A DNA stretch of 64,000 nucleotides from Polyangiales bacterium (GTDB lineage Bacteria > Myxococcota_A > Polyangia > Polyangiales > Ga0077539): assembly GCA_044229975.1 (NCBI GenBank), contig JBGARZ010000004.1, positions 192,001-256,000 on the forward strand, given 5' to 3'. How positions within the stretch are numbered: the stretch's first letter is position 1; each line of letters opens with the position of its first letter. The notes under the pieces were generated by a model, which did no database searches, was not told the origin of the DNA, and saw only the letters and a program-made list of their open reading frames with translations. Positions 9,804 to 19,488 of this stretch are shown here, one piece after another. The position numbers were made by a program, and so were the translations under genes.

Positions 9804-9830
9804 TGTCGATCCCGACAAGGCTGCTTCGTC
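9804..9830 (+). promoter_or_regulatory. Putative ECF42-type sigma promoter (TGTCGA-N17-CGTC)
   Basis: tgtcga at 9804-9809 and cgtc at 9827-9830, upstream of the DGPF/YciI gene; matches the ECF42 consensus as I recall it. Confidence 0.6.
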
Positions 9831-9913
9831 GTGAGGATGGAGCACGGGTCACGGTCGGTACATGACCGTCGATCGGGAGTGCTCTGCCGAACCCCCAACG
9901 AAAGACGACGACG

Positions 9914-10333
9914 ATGCGCTTCATGGTGATGATGCTTCCGGGCGAGCAGGCGGAGGCGGGCGTGCTGCCTGACGAGAAGATCCTGACGGCGATGGGCCAG
10001 TACAACGAGGAGCTGGTGAAGGCCGGGGTGCTGCTCGCGGGCGAGGGGTTGCACCCGAGCTCGAAGGGCGTGCGGGTGAAGTTCGAGGGCGGGAAGGTGA
10101 CGGTGAGCGACGGGCCCTTCGTCGAGGCGAAGGAGGTCATCGGCGGCTTCTGGATCTTCCAGGTGAAGTCGAAGGAAGAAGCCATCGAGTGGGTCAAGCG
10201 CTGCCCCACGGTGGGCTCGCAGCAGATCGAGATCCGCAAGATCGCCGAGGCGGAGGACTTCGGCCCGGCGCTCACCCCCGAGCTGCGCGAAGCCGAAGAG
10301 CGACTGCGCGCGCAGGCGGCCGCGAACAAGTAG
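9914..10333 (+). CDS. YciI/DGPF(AETKE) family protein
   Basis: DGPFVEAKEVIGGFWI signature. Confidence 0.93.
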   Translation: MRFMVMMLPGEQAEAGVLPDEKILTAMGQYNEELVKAGVLLAGEGLHPSSKGVRVKFEGGKVTVSDGPFVEAKEVIGGFWIFQVKSKEEAIEWVKRCPTVGSQQIEIRKIAEAEDFGPALTPELREAEERLRAQAAANK

Positions 10334-10420
10334 CGGGCGATACGCCCACGGGATCGTGACGCCGATCGGGGGGACGGCGCGATGGTCCCGGTTTCGTGAG
10401 GTCGCCGCGCGATCGACGCG

Positions 10421-11215
10421 TCAGCCGAACGCCTCGTCCGCCGTGGCGGCCGTGACGACGCGCACCGCCCAGGCGCTGAGCTGCGCCACATCCCGGCACG
10501 CCTCGACGCGCGCCCACTGCTCGGGCGAGAGCGTCCACCCGCGCGCTTCGATGGTCGCGCGCAGGAGCGAGCGAGCCCCCTCCTCGCGCCCCTCCTCGCG
10601 CCCCTCCTCGCGCCCCTCGGTGCGCACCGCATCGAGGCTCTCGTATCCCTGCCGCTGGAGGAGGTTGCGCAGCGCGGCTTCGTGCGCGACCTCGCGGTCG
10701 TAGAGCGCCTCGATCGCCACCGCGTTGCGCAGCACGCCGGGCGCGGTGAGCGACTGACCCGGGCCCACCACCTTCACGGGCTGACCCTTCTCGTGCACCT
10801 CGACGCGCCGCGGACCGATGAGCCGGACGACCCACACCCAGCGCGTGCCGCCCGTGTGCAGCTCGACGATCTTCTGTTGGAGCGCGGCCTCGTCCTGGCC
10901 GACGGAGGCGTACTCCACGGCGAGCGGCGGCGCGGTGGTGCCCCAGCCCGGTCGCTCGGGGCCGAGGCCCACGGCGAGGTCGGGGGCGCGCAGCGTGTCA
11001 GGGCCGAGCGCGATGCCCGCGTCGACGCCGACGGCGGGCGCGAGGGGGTCGGTGTCGAGCACGAGGCCGCCGCGGAGGTTGGGGCCGGCGCCGTCGTGGC
11101 CCGTCGGAGCGGCATAGACGGCATGCCCCTGCGAGAGCTCGTAGGGGTCACCCGAGGACAGGTGCCACGTGCGGAAGGGACCCGGCGCGTGCTTCGGCTG
11201 CGTCATGGTGGCCAT
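10421..11215 (-). CDS. Uma2 family (PD-(D/E)XK) endonuclease with Rpn/YadD-like C-terminal tail
   Basis: YELSQG, APDLAV, PPLAVEYAS, GTRWVWVV, then (EGRE)x4 and a 'LSAWAVRVVTAATADEAF' tail. Confidence 0.8.
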   Translation of the reverse strand: MATMTQPKHAPGPFRTWHLSSGDPYELSQGHAVYAAPTGHDGAGPNLRGGLVLDTDPLAPAVGVDAGIALGPDTLRAPDLAVGLGPERPGWGTTAPPLAVEYASVGQDEAALQQKIVELHTGGTRWVWVVRLIGPRRVEVHEKGQPVKVVGPGQSLTAPGVLRNAVAIEALYDREVAHEAALRNLLQRQGYESLDAVRTEGREEGREEGREEGARSLLRATIEARGWTLSPEQWARVEACRDVAQLSAWAVRVVTAATADEAFG

Positions 11216-11381
11216 GAGCCTACCACCGTCGACGCGGAGCCACGGGCCCGGGACGGTCGTGGAGTTGGTTCCTCGCGACAACCGACGATGGGCACGTCGC
11301 GTCGTCACGCCTGCTTCGCGTCGCCACGACGTCCACCCCATCGTTGCGCTCACCCGCGGGACGGCGCGATGGTCTCCAGCC

Positions 11382-12632
11382 GTGACGACGGACGACGACA
11401 CCCGCCGCGCGATCGCCGCGGTCTTCCGCATCGAGTCGGTGAAGCTCATCGCCGGACTCGCCCGCATGGTGCGCGACGTCGGCCTCGCCGAAGAGCTCGC
11501 CCAGGACGCCCTCGTCGCCGCGCTCGAACACTGGCCCGCGGAGGGCGTTCCCGAGAAGCCGGGGGCTTGGTTGATGGCGACCGCGAAGCGCCGCGCCATC
11601 GACCGGCTGCGCCACGCGCGCCTCTCCGAGCGCAAGCACGACGAGCTCGCCCACGACCTCGCCGACCGCGACTCACCCGTCGAGGCGATCGACGAGGCGA
11701 TCGACGACCACGTCGGCGACGACCTGCTGCGGCTGCTCTTCGTGGCGTGTCATCCGTTGCTCTCGTCCGAGGCGCGCGTCGCGCTCACGCTGCGCCTGCT
11801 CGGTGGGCTCACGACGGTGGAGATCGCGCGGGCGTTTCTGGTCCCCGAGGCGACCATCGCGCAGCGGGTGGTGCGCGCGAAGAAGACGCTGGCGGAGGCG
11901 GGGGTGGCGTTTGAGGTTCCGCGGGGGGCGGAGCTCGGCGCGCGGCTGTCGTCGGTGCTGGAGGTGGTCTACCTGATCTTCAACGAGGGCTACTCGGCGA
12001 CGGCGGGCGACGACTGGATGCGCCCCGCGCTCTGCGAAGACGCGCTGCGCCTCGGACGCATCCTGGCGGGCCTCGCGCCCGACGAGCCGGAGGTGCACGG
12101 CCTCGTGGCGCTGATGGAGTTGCAGGCGTCGCGGTCGAGGGCGCGCGTCGGCCCGACGGGTGAGCCCGTGCTGCTGTTGGAGCAGAACCGCGGGCGATGG
12201 GATCACCTGCTGATCCAGCGGGGCCTCGCGTCGCTGGCGCGGGCCGAGGCGCTGGGCGGGGCGGGTGGTGCGTACGCGGTGCAGGCGGCGCTGGCGGCGT
12301 GTCACGCGCGAGCGAGGACGGCCGAGGAGACCGACTGGGCGCGCATCGCGGCGCTGTACGAACGACTCGCACCGACGCCGGTGGTGGAGCTCAACCGCGC
12401 GGTGGCGGTGGCGATGGCGTACGGACCCGCGGCGGGTTTGGTGGTGGTCGATGGGTTGGTGAAGGAGGGGTCGCTGCGGGAGTACCACCTGTTGCCGAGC
12501 GTGCGGGGTGACCTGCTGGCGCGGCTGGGGCGTGCGGCGGAGGCGAGGGCGGAGTTCGAGCGGGCGGCGGCGCTGACGCGCAACGCGCGGGAGCGGGCGA
12601 TGTTATTGGGGCGCGCGGCGGGGTGTGGGTGA
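11382..12632 (+). CDS. ECF sigma factor with C-terminal TPR extension (ECF42/DUF6596 type)
   Basis: AEELAQDAL, AWLMATAKRRAID, DDLLRLLFVACHP, EIARAFLV, LIFNEGY, TDWARI, PVVELNRAVA. Confidence 0.92.
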   Translation: MTTDDDTRRAIAAVFRIESVKLIAGLARMVRDVGLAEELAQDALVAALEHWPAEGVPEKPGAWLMATAKRRAIDRLRHARLSERKHDELAHDLADRDSPVEAIDEAIDDHVGDDLLRLLFVACHPLLSSEARVALTLRLLGGLTTVEIARAFLVPEATIAQRVVRAKKTLAEAGVAFEVPRGAELGARLSSVLEVVYLIFNEGYSATAGDDWMRPALCEDALRLGRILAGLAPDEPEVHGLVALMELQASRSRARVGPTGEPVLLLEQNRGRWDHLLIQRGLASLARAEALGGAGGAYAVQAALAACHARARTAEETDWARIAALYERLAPTPVVELNRAVAVAMAYGPAAGLVVVDGLVKEGSLREYHLLPSVRGDLLARLGRAAEARAEFERAAALTRNARERAMLLGRAAGCG

Positions 12633-12803
12633 GGGAGCGCCATCGGCTCGACGCTGCGAGCCAACGAGGAGGTCACTCGCGCGTTCATTCGACCGGTCCG
12701 CCCAACGCGGACCTACCCCAAGGGACGCGCCCGCCCACGCTGCTGATCCAACCCTGGACGAGTCCCTGGACACCCGCATCGCGCGTCACGGATCATCGCG
12801 CCC

Positions 12804-13295
12804 GTGAAGAAGCAGAAGCCACGACGCGCCGCGAAGCGCCGCCCGACGGCGCCCGCGGTCGGCCCGTCGGCGCGGGAGCGCGCGATGTCGCTCGCGCGGC
12901 AGTTCAAGCTCCCCGAGGCCATCGCGATCCTGCGCGCCGCGCAGCTCTCCCTTGAGCAGGCCGTCGACGTGGCGCCCGCCGACGTCGCGTCCGTGCTGGT
13001 CGACCTCGCGCAGCTTCGCGCCGCCACCGGCGACCTCCCCGCGGCCACGGCCGACGCGCTGCGGGCGGTGTCGCTCCTACGACCCGTGGGCGCGTCGCAC
13101 AACGCCGCGCTCGGCTTCGCGCTCCTCACCCTCGCGCGCCTGGAGTTCGCCGCCTCGGCGGACGCGGCCCCGACCACGTTGCGCGAATCTCTCCGACTCC
13201 TCACCGACGCCCACGGCGCCGATCACGCCATCACGCAGCAGGCGCTCCAGATCGCACGGCTGGCGGGCGTCGTCGACGCGGCACCGTCGGGTTGA
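12804..13295 (+). CDS. Hypothetical TPR-like helical protein
   Basis: Ala/Leu helical repeats ending in GADH-like motifs (PVGASH, AHGADH). Confidence 0.55.
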   Translation: MKKQKPRRAAKRRPTAPAVGPSARERAMSLARQFKLPEAIAILRAAQLSLEQAVDVAPADVASVLVDLAQLRAATGDLPAATADALRAVSLLRPVGASHNAALGFALLTLARLEFAASADAAPTTLRESLRLLTDAHGADHAITQQALQIARLAGVVDAAPSG

Positions 13296-13320
13296 TCCGT
13301 CGCGGGGGCTTGGATGCCCG

Positions 13321-14163
13321 TCAGCGCTTCTTGCCCGGCGCGAGCAGCGCGCGTGGCCACTGGCGCGCGCCCTCCGGCGCCACCATCGGCTCGAACACCT
13401 GCGTCGTCAGGTCGGCCACGAGCACGGGCGCGGGTGACGTACGCGCGCGTTCGCCACGCACCTGCTGACGATAGAGGCGACCGGCGTCTCCAAACACGAG
13501 CGTGCCGTCCTGCGTCCAGTCTGCCCAGTCGAGCGATCCGAGCTCGCGCGCCCCGGCTTCGGTCGACCCCGTCACCTGAACGAGACGACACGGCCCCGCC
13601 CTCCCTGGATACTCGTCGCGCTCCAGGACGAGGGACAGATCGCGAGGGTTGGGTTTGCGGTACCGCCGCCCTGCGAGCTGCCAGTATTGCCGCGCCTCGG
13701 GCACCTTGAGGACGGCGTCCCCGAACGTGTCCGGTGACGGCCGCGCCTTGTTGCCGCGCCACGGCAGGTACGACCAGACGTCGGAGACCGAGAGCCGCGG
13801 CGGCAGTGATCCCTCGTCGGGCGGGTGCGTGACGCCGAGGACGACGTGGTCGTTGGCGACGAAGAATCCACCGCCGGGCCACGGAAGCTTCGCCTGCCAG
13901 AACGCGAGCGCCGTGAAGTACGGAGGACGGCTCACGCACGTGAAGGTGCGGCCACCCTTTCGCGCGAAGTAGACGAACAGCTCACCGTTGGGCGAGACGC
14001 TGCACGCCCCGAATTCCACGTTCCCCACGAGCCACTGCCCACCCAGCACGGTGCCGTCGCGCAGGTCCCAGGTCAGGAGCCGCACGTGACGCGTCGGCCC
14101 GCGCCGCAGCACGATCGCCACGTCGGCGTCGCGCGCGACGATGGCGTGTGTCGTCGTCTTCAC
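13321..14163 (-). CDS. Conserved hypothetical protein (possible beta-propeller)
   Basis: Globular-looking 3' part of the long ORF: AIVLRRGP...GQWL...SVSPNGELFVYFA...SRPPYFTALAFW...GGGFF...DWADW. Confidence 0.65.
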   Translation of the reverse strand: MKTTTHAIVARDADVAIVLRRGPTRHVRLLTWDLRDGTVLGGQWLVGNVEFGACSVSPNGELFVYFARKGGRTFTCVSRPPYFTALAFWQAKLPWPGGGFFVANDHVVLGVTHPPDEGSLPPRLSVSDVWSYLPWRGNKARPSPDTFGDAVLKVPEARQYWQLAGRRYRKPNPRDLSLVLERDEYPGRAGPCRLVQVTGSTEAGARELGSLDWADWTQDGTLVFGDAGRLYRQQVRGERARTSPAPVLVADLTTQVFEPMVAPEGARQWPRALLAPGKKR

Positions 14164-14352
14164 TTCCCCGTTTCCATGGTCGGCGGTTTCACGGCGCCAG
14201 TGTACGTCGGACAGCTCGCGATGGACGCCGTGCCCTCCGTCGCGCGATCGAGCACCCGGGGGGATGTGCCGGTGTGTGCAACCCGTGTGGGACCGTCGCG
14301 CGAAACGACGCGCCGACCCGCACGGCACGCGATGTGCGATGAAGGCGGGACG

Positions 14353-15159
14353 ATGAAGACATTGCGTCGGGTCGGGTGGTGGTGGTCGCTCGTGGTGTTG
14401 GGCTGCGGCGCCGGGCCGTTGTCCGGTCAGGTCGACGAGAACGGCGACGAGTGTCCGCTCACCGATCCGCGCGGCGAGGTCACGATCGTGGCCTACCAGA
14501 CGACCGGGTGGGTGGGGCTCGACGTGGTCGGGCGCTTCCAGCGGTCGACGCCTGCGCGCGAGAGCATCGCGTGCCAACGGCGCACGGTGGGCTCGTGCGA
14601 GGTCGTCGCGTGTCGCAACGTCGGCATCGACTTCGTCAACGGCGAGCCCGCCTGCGGCTCGACGAGCGCGGGCTCGGTGCTGGTCACCCGCGGCGCGCAG
14701 GCGCTGCCGGCGGTGGAGTCCTCGGGGCGCCTCACGCTGACGGGCGACCTGGCGGCGGGTGAGTCGTTCGGGGTGCGTACGACCGGGGGCGACGTGCCCG
14801 CGTTTGCGGCGACGGTGCGCCTCCCGGCGCGGGTCGAGGTGCGCGGGCCCGAGGCGCTGTTGCGCAACGGCACGGTCATGGTCGGGCAGGCCGAGGGCGT
14901 GGCGGTGACGTGGGCGCCGACCACGGGCCGCGTGGTGGCGATCGTCACGGGCGACAACGGCGGGCGCTTCACGGCGGAGTGCGCGTTCGACGGAGCGACG
15001 GGGGCGGGGACGGTTCCGCCCGAGGCGCTGCCGGAGCAGACCGGGCGGGTGGAGCTGTGGAGCGAAGACCGGGTCGATCAGCGGGCGGGGGTGTTTCCGG
15101 TCGCGGTGCGCGTGCGGTGGTCGGCGGGCGCAGGGGCCACGCTGGTGCGTGGGTCGTGA
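14353..15159 (+). CDS. Hypothetical lipoprotein
   Basis: MKTLRR...VVLGC lipobox; beta-rich sequence with Cys pairs. Confidence 0.65.
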   Translation: MKTLRRVGWWWSLVVLGCGAGPLSGQVDENGDECPLTDPRGEVTIVAYQTTGWVGLDVVGRFQRSTPARESIACQRRTVGSCEVVACRNVGIDFVNGEPACGSTSAGSVLVTRGAQALPAVESSGRLTLTGDLAAGESFGVRTTGGDVPAFAATVRLPARVEVRGPEALLRNGTVMVGQAEGVAVTWAPTTGRVVAIVTGDNGGRFTAECAFDGATGAGTVPPEALPEQTGRVELWSEDRVDQRAGVFPVAVRVRWSAGAGATLVRGS

Positions 15160-15239
15160 GAAGGGTCTGCCGCAACTCGCTGTAGGGCCAACGCCCAAAC
15201 CCCAGACCCATCTCGTCGTTGAAGAGAGCGAACCCCGCC

Positions 15240-16637
15240 CTACGCAGCCGCCTTCGCGTCACCGGCCTCGCGCGGGTTGATCACGTTGCGCAGCGCGATG
15301 ATGGCGACGGGGCCGATGAGCGTGATGACGCCGATGACGATCCAGAGCATGGAGGAGTGGCGCTCGCCGTGGGGCGGGCAGTACGCCGTGAGCAGGCGGC
15401 CCGAGATCATCGCGACGAAGAACTTCGCGAGGAAGTACGGCAGCACGGCGAGGCTCACGTAGGTGGCCTCGCGGCCCTTCGGCGCGATGGAGACGTTGTA
15501 CTCGTAGCTGCGCGGCGACCAAAGCGCCTCGCCGATGGTGAGCAGCACGATGGCGGCGATCTGTACGGGCGTGGATGGTCCGACGGCGAAGAGGAAGGGG
15601 CTCAGCGCCGTCACGAAGGACCCGATCATAATGACCCGGAAGGCCGACACCTTGCGCGTAAACGCCGTGACGATGGGGACGAAGACGAGGATGAGCACGG
15701 AGTTGAGGCTCCAGAGCACGCCCCAGTCGAAGTCCTCGCCGCGCTCGCGGGTGATGTACTTCGGCCACGTCGAGTGCATGTGCACGAAGATGGCCTTCAC
15801 GAAGACCAGCAGCGCGATGAGGATCATGAAGCGCCAGAACGCCCGGTCGCGCACCACCTCGCCGAGGACGGCGAGGGGGTTCTTGCGAGGGGTTCCGTCG
15901 GCGGGCTTGTCGGGGGCGGTGGCGAGGCCGGCGCGGACGAGGGCCTCGTCGCTGCGGACGAAGAGCGTGGTGACGAAGGCGAAGAAGGCCGTGACGGTGC
16001 CGAGGCCGATGATGGCGCGGTAGGCGCTGAGCGTCGTGTCGCCGACGAAGGGGAGGTCGACGAGGCGGGGCACGAGGCGGTGCGTGATGGGGTCGGCGAA
16101 GAAGGACTTGGTGCGGTCGATGAGCTGCCCCGAGAGCACGCCGCCGATGTTGAGCGCGATGTAGAAGAACGAAAACGCGATCGCGACGGTGCGCTTGTTC
16201 GAGTACTTCTGCACCGCCGTCTGCAACACGGGAGAGCCGCTGGCGAGGGCGAAGGAGTAGGCGATGAGCGCGGGCATCGCGACGGCGGCGGACGACGACA
16301 CGGACATCACCGCGCGCGTGGCCATGGCGCCGCCGAAGGAGAAGATCAGCATGCGCCGCGTGCCGACGACGTCGGCGATGGACCCGACGAGGAAGGCGAA
16401 GAGCGACAGCAGGCCGCTGAACACCCCGAACCAGCTGCTCGCGCGCTCGTCGTCGAAGTGGAAGTCGCTGGTCAGCCACAGCGACAGCACCGACATGAAC
16501 GAATACAGCCCGATGTACTCGAAGATGATCGCGGCGTAGGTGAGCCAGAGCTCGCGGGGGCAGCGGAGAAGCTCCCGGAGGTCATCCCAGTAGGAGCGGT
16601 GTTCTTCGGGTGCGGCGGGGGTGGTGGCGGTGCTCAC
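15240..16637 (-). CDS. MFS transporter (POT/peptide transporter-like)
   Basis: About 12 hydrophobic segments; GSIADVVGTRR MFS motif A; AFSFFYIALNIGG; GEALWSPR. Confidence 0.9.
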   Translation of the reverse strand: MSTATTPAAPEEHRSYWDDLRELLRCPRELWLTYAAIIFEYIGLYSFMSVLSLWLTSDFHFDDERASSWFGVFSGLLSLFAFLVGSIADVVGTRRMLIFSFGGAMATRAVMSVSSSAAVAMPALIAYSFALASGSPVLQTAVQKYSNKRTVAIAFSFFYIALNIGGVLSGQLIDRTKSFFADPITHRLVPRLVDLPFVGDTTLSAYRAIIGLGTVTAFFAFVTTLFVRSDEALVRAGLATAPDKPADGTPRKNPLAVLGEVVRDRAFWRFMILIALLVFVKAIFVHMHSTWPKYITRERGEDFDWGVLWSLNSVLILVFVPIVTAFTRKVSAFRVIMIGSFVTALSPFLFAVGPSTPVQIAAIVLLTIGEALWSPRSYEYNVSIAPKGREATYVSLAVLPYFLAKFFVAMISGRLLTAYCPPHGERHSSMLWIVIGVITLIGPVAIIALRNVINPREAGDAKAAA

Positions 16638-16710
16638 CCGGCGGGAAGGTACTCCAACGCCGCCCTTTCAACGTGCCCGACATGACGATGCGAGGAACCA
16701 GCGACCGTGA

Positions 16711-17148
16711 GGGCGCCGGAACAGAGGGCACCGGCGACAAGCATGGCGATCGCTCCGAGGACATCGTCAGCCCCAACGAGCCCTCCGTTTCGGCGCCCTC
16801 ACGGTCGCCGGTTCCTCGCAGGTGTACCTCGCCGACCGCGCGCCCGCGGTGTCGATCGCGACGAGCGGCGGGGCCGGGTCGTGTGCGTTCAGTCCCGATG
16901 GGAGCTGGTTGGCGGTGCTTCAGTACGACCGTGTCGGGTTCATCGAAGTGGCGACGGGCGTGTTGAGCCTCTCGGCGACAAAGCACACCGCCACCGTCGC
17001 CGCGCTCGCGTGGTCGCGCGCCGCGCCGACGCTGCGGCGTAAGCCCTGGGGACTGCCACCACACGAAGGTCTGCGGCAGGCGCCATCGACGCACGCGGTC
17101 GCACACACGCTCATCGCGCAGCGCTGTAGTAGAACGGCACGACCATGA
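16711..17148 (+). pseudogene. Probable WD40-repeat gene remnant
   Basis: Frame reads LRGH...CAFSPDGSWLAV...HTATVAALAWS. In-frame stop at 16708 and no proper start; only 1-2 blades. Confidence 0.4.
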
Positions 17149-18233
17149 ATACGACCAGCACACCGAAGCGGGTCGCCGTCGTCCTCGCGGGCGCCGTGGC
17201 GAAGGGGGCCTTCGAGGCGGGTGCGCTGCGGGCGCTCGTCGCGCGCGACGTCGAGATCGTGCGCGTCGTTGCGGCGAGCTCCGGGGCGCTCAACGGCACC
17301 GCGCTCGCGGCCGGCATCCGCGCCCGCCGCGCGCGGGAGGCCGTCGACGAGCTCATCGGCCTCTGGCGCAAGGAGGCGAACCTCTGTGGCGCGTTCAACC
17401 CGAAGCCCTTCTCGGCCCTGCGGCTGCGCGGACTCTCCGGCCCCGAGAAGCTCATCGCGCTGCTTCGAGCGCACGTCCCGGTGTGCTCGCTGCCCGAGGC
17501 CGAGCGTCGGCCCATCGACCTGCGCATCGTCGTCTCGCCCCTCCGCGGCGACGACACCACTATCGGCAAGAAGCAGGCGACCACCTTCGAGAAGGTGCTG
17601 AAGTTCGAGGACGGCGCCTTCGATCGACGCGACTCGCTCGACGACGTCTTCCGCGCGGCGGCGGCCTCGTCGGCCTTCCCCTTTGCGTTCGAGGCGGTGA
17701 CGCTGCCGCGCGTCGCGCCCTACGCAGAGAAGGGAACGCGCACCGACGACGTCGGCCCCCTGATCGACGGCGGCACCGTCAACAACACCCCCATCAAGTA
17801 CGCCCTCAGCGATTGGGACAAGGGCGCGTCCGCCGTCGCGGCGCCCGAGGCGGTCGTGGTGGTGTGCCCGACGCCAGAGTACGAGCTGGAGGCCGACCGC
17901 CCGAAGGGACTCCGGGGCGTTGCGTTGCTGGCCCGACTCGTCGACATGCTCATCAACGAGCGGCTCACCCGCGACCTCCACGACGCCGAAGACGTGAACA
18001 CGGCCATCGTCGCCCTCGAAGAGCAGCTCCCCGACAAGAAGCTACGAGCGAAGGTGATGAACGCGATCGGCTGGGCGGGAAGGCGGAAGGTGGAGCTCGT
18101 CTCCATCCGACCGGAGCGCCCATTGGAGGGCAACCCCTTCGCGGCGCTGGCGAGCCGCCGTCTCCGCGACGCCTATCTCGAATCGGGTGAGGAGAGCGCC
18201 CGACGCGCCCTCGACGCCGTCCACTGGCGCTGA
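17145..18233 (+). CDS. Patatin-like phospholipase
   Basis: LAGAVAKGAFEAG (Gly-loop variant), AASSG nucleophile elbow, ASSAFP, IDGG. Confidence 0.88.
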   Translation: MNTTSTPKRVAVVLAGAVAKGAFEAGALRALVARDVEIVRVVAASSGALNGTALAAGIRARRAREAVDELIGLWRKEANLCGAFNPKPFSALRLRGLSGPEKLIALLRAHVPVCSLPEAERRPIDLRIVVSPLRGDDTTIGKKQATTFEKVLKFEDGAFDRRDSLDDVFRAAAASSAFPFAFEAVTLPRVAPYAEKGTRTDDVGPLIDGGTVNNTPIKYALSDWDKGASAVAAPEAVVVVCPTPEYELEADRPKGLRGVALLARLVDMLINERLTRDLHDAEDVNTAIVALEEQLPDKKLRAKVMNAIGWAGRRKVELVSIRPERPLEGNPFAALASRRLRDAYLESGEESARRALDAVHWR

Positions 18234-18239
18234 GCTGCG

Positions 18240-18456
18240 CCTGACCTTCGGAGTAGGCGGGATGGGAGGCAGAAGTCGCAAGGGCGCGAGGGTCGCAAGG
18301 ACCGGAGTTTCAAGAGCAGCGGAGACCAGCGCCATGCGCGTGATGGTGTCTTGGAAGACTGCGGACCCGACCCTCCGCGCTCCTGAAACTCCGATCCTTG
18401 CGACCCTCGCGCCCTTGCGACTTCTGCCTGCCATCCCGCCTACTCCGAACCTCAGG
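18240..18456. mobile_element. 217-bp MITE with ~85-bp terminal inverted repeats and an 11-bp target-site duplication
   Basis: Ends CCTGA...TCAGG; arms 18240-18324 and 18373-18456; GCTGAGCTGCG flanks both sides (18229-18239 and 18457-18467). Confidence 0.85.
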
Positions 18457-18536
18457 GCTGAGCTGCGTCCGTTGACAGCGGGGCCGCGGTGGTGTGAAGC
18501 CAATCGAGGGTCGTCGGGCGGTGGAGGGGGCGACGC

Positions 18537-19256
18537 ATGAGCGATCGGTCCGAAGAAGACTTCAAGCTCTCGTACAAGATCCTGCGCACCTACGTGGGGG
18601 CCCTGGGCTTCATAAGCCCATCTGGCGTCGTGCGCGCGAACCCTTCCATCGGCGACACCCTGACGCGACAGGGCGCCGAGCTCGCGAAGTCCGACGTCGC
18701 GCTGACCCGCGAGCGCGCCGACGACGCGCAGCCTCGCCGCGACCGCGATACCAGTGAGGTGGAGACCCGCGCCCCCATCGAGGACGTCCGCAAGCGCGTG
18801 GTGGGCCTCTACGACGCGCCGATGCTGGAGAGGTTGTTCCTTGCGGGGGCGATGCCGAGAGACCCGGCGCAGCTCGTGAAGTACGCCCGCCGCGCGGCCG
18901 ACCAGATCGAGGGGATGAAGCCCGCGGACTTCCCCGAGGCGCTGATCGACGGCGGCAAGCCCACGCCGAAGAAGTGGGCGCAGGCGATCCGAACGCCCGC
19001 CAACAAGCTCGCCGCCGCCATCAAGACCGTCGGCACCGAGGAGGCCGAGCTCGTGACGGCGCTCGCGGGTCGCGACACCGTGTTCGAGAAGGTCGAGGCC
19101 GACGAGCCGCGGGCGCGGGCGCTGCTCGACGCGCTCCTCCGGTACGCCCGCATGGACGCCGCGGCCGACCGCCTGCCCCGCCCGGTGGGCTCCGCCCGAG
19201 CGGCGTCGACGGAGGGCTCCCCCGACGATCCCCCGGTCACGCCCCCGACGGCGTAG
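18537..19256 (+). CDS. Hypothetical alpha-helical protein
   Basis: RBS GGAGG; GC3-rich codons; 239 aa with coiled/helical character. Confidence 0.7.
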   Translation: MSDRSEEDFKLSYKILRTYVGALGFISPSGVVRANPSIGDTLTRQGAELAKSDVALTRERADDAQPRRDRDTSEVETRAPIEDVRKRVVGLYDAPMLERLFLAGAMPRDPAQLVKYARRAADQIEGMKPADFPEALIDGGKPTPKKWAQAIRTPANKLAAAIKTVGTEEAELVTALAGRDTVFEKVEADEPRARALLDALLRYARMDAAADRLPRPVGSARAASTEGSPDDPPVTPPTA

Positions 19257-19390
19257 GGCCTCCCGAGGCGTTCCCCCGCGGCGAAGGTCGCGTGGGGAGG
19301 CCTCCGGAGGGGACACCCGCGCCGAGGGAAGGCGTCGGGAGGCCTCCCGAGGAGACACCCGCGGCCGGGGATCGCGTGGGGAGGGCCTTC
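19256..19390. repeat. Degenerate 42-bp tandem repeat, about 3 units
   Basis: ggcctccNgagg...cccgcg...gcgtNggg recurs with a 42-bp period. Confidence 0.65.
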
Positions 19391-19488
19391 CTACCCACGA
19401 GATGCGCAACCAGCGTCCGCGGAGTTGCGCGCGTTGTGCACCGTCCCTGTGGCGCCCGCTCCCCGCTGGCGGCGTGCGCGCCGTCGTG

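Noticed and set aside
12699..12705. GCCCAAC as an integron attC inverse core
   Set aside because: No paired GTTRRRY core at a suitable distance, no cassette array and no integrase.
14323..14337. Sigma54-like CGGCACG-N4-GTGC motif
   Set aside because: GG-N10-GC spacing fits, but the implied TSS is only ~4 nt before the ATG and such matches arise by chance in GC-rich DNA.
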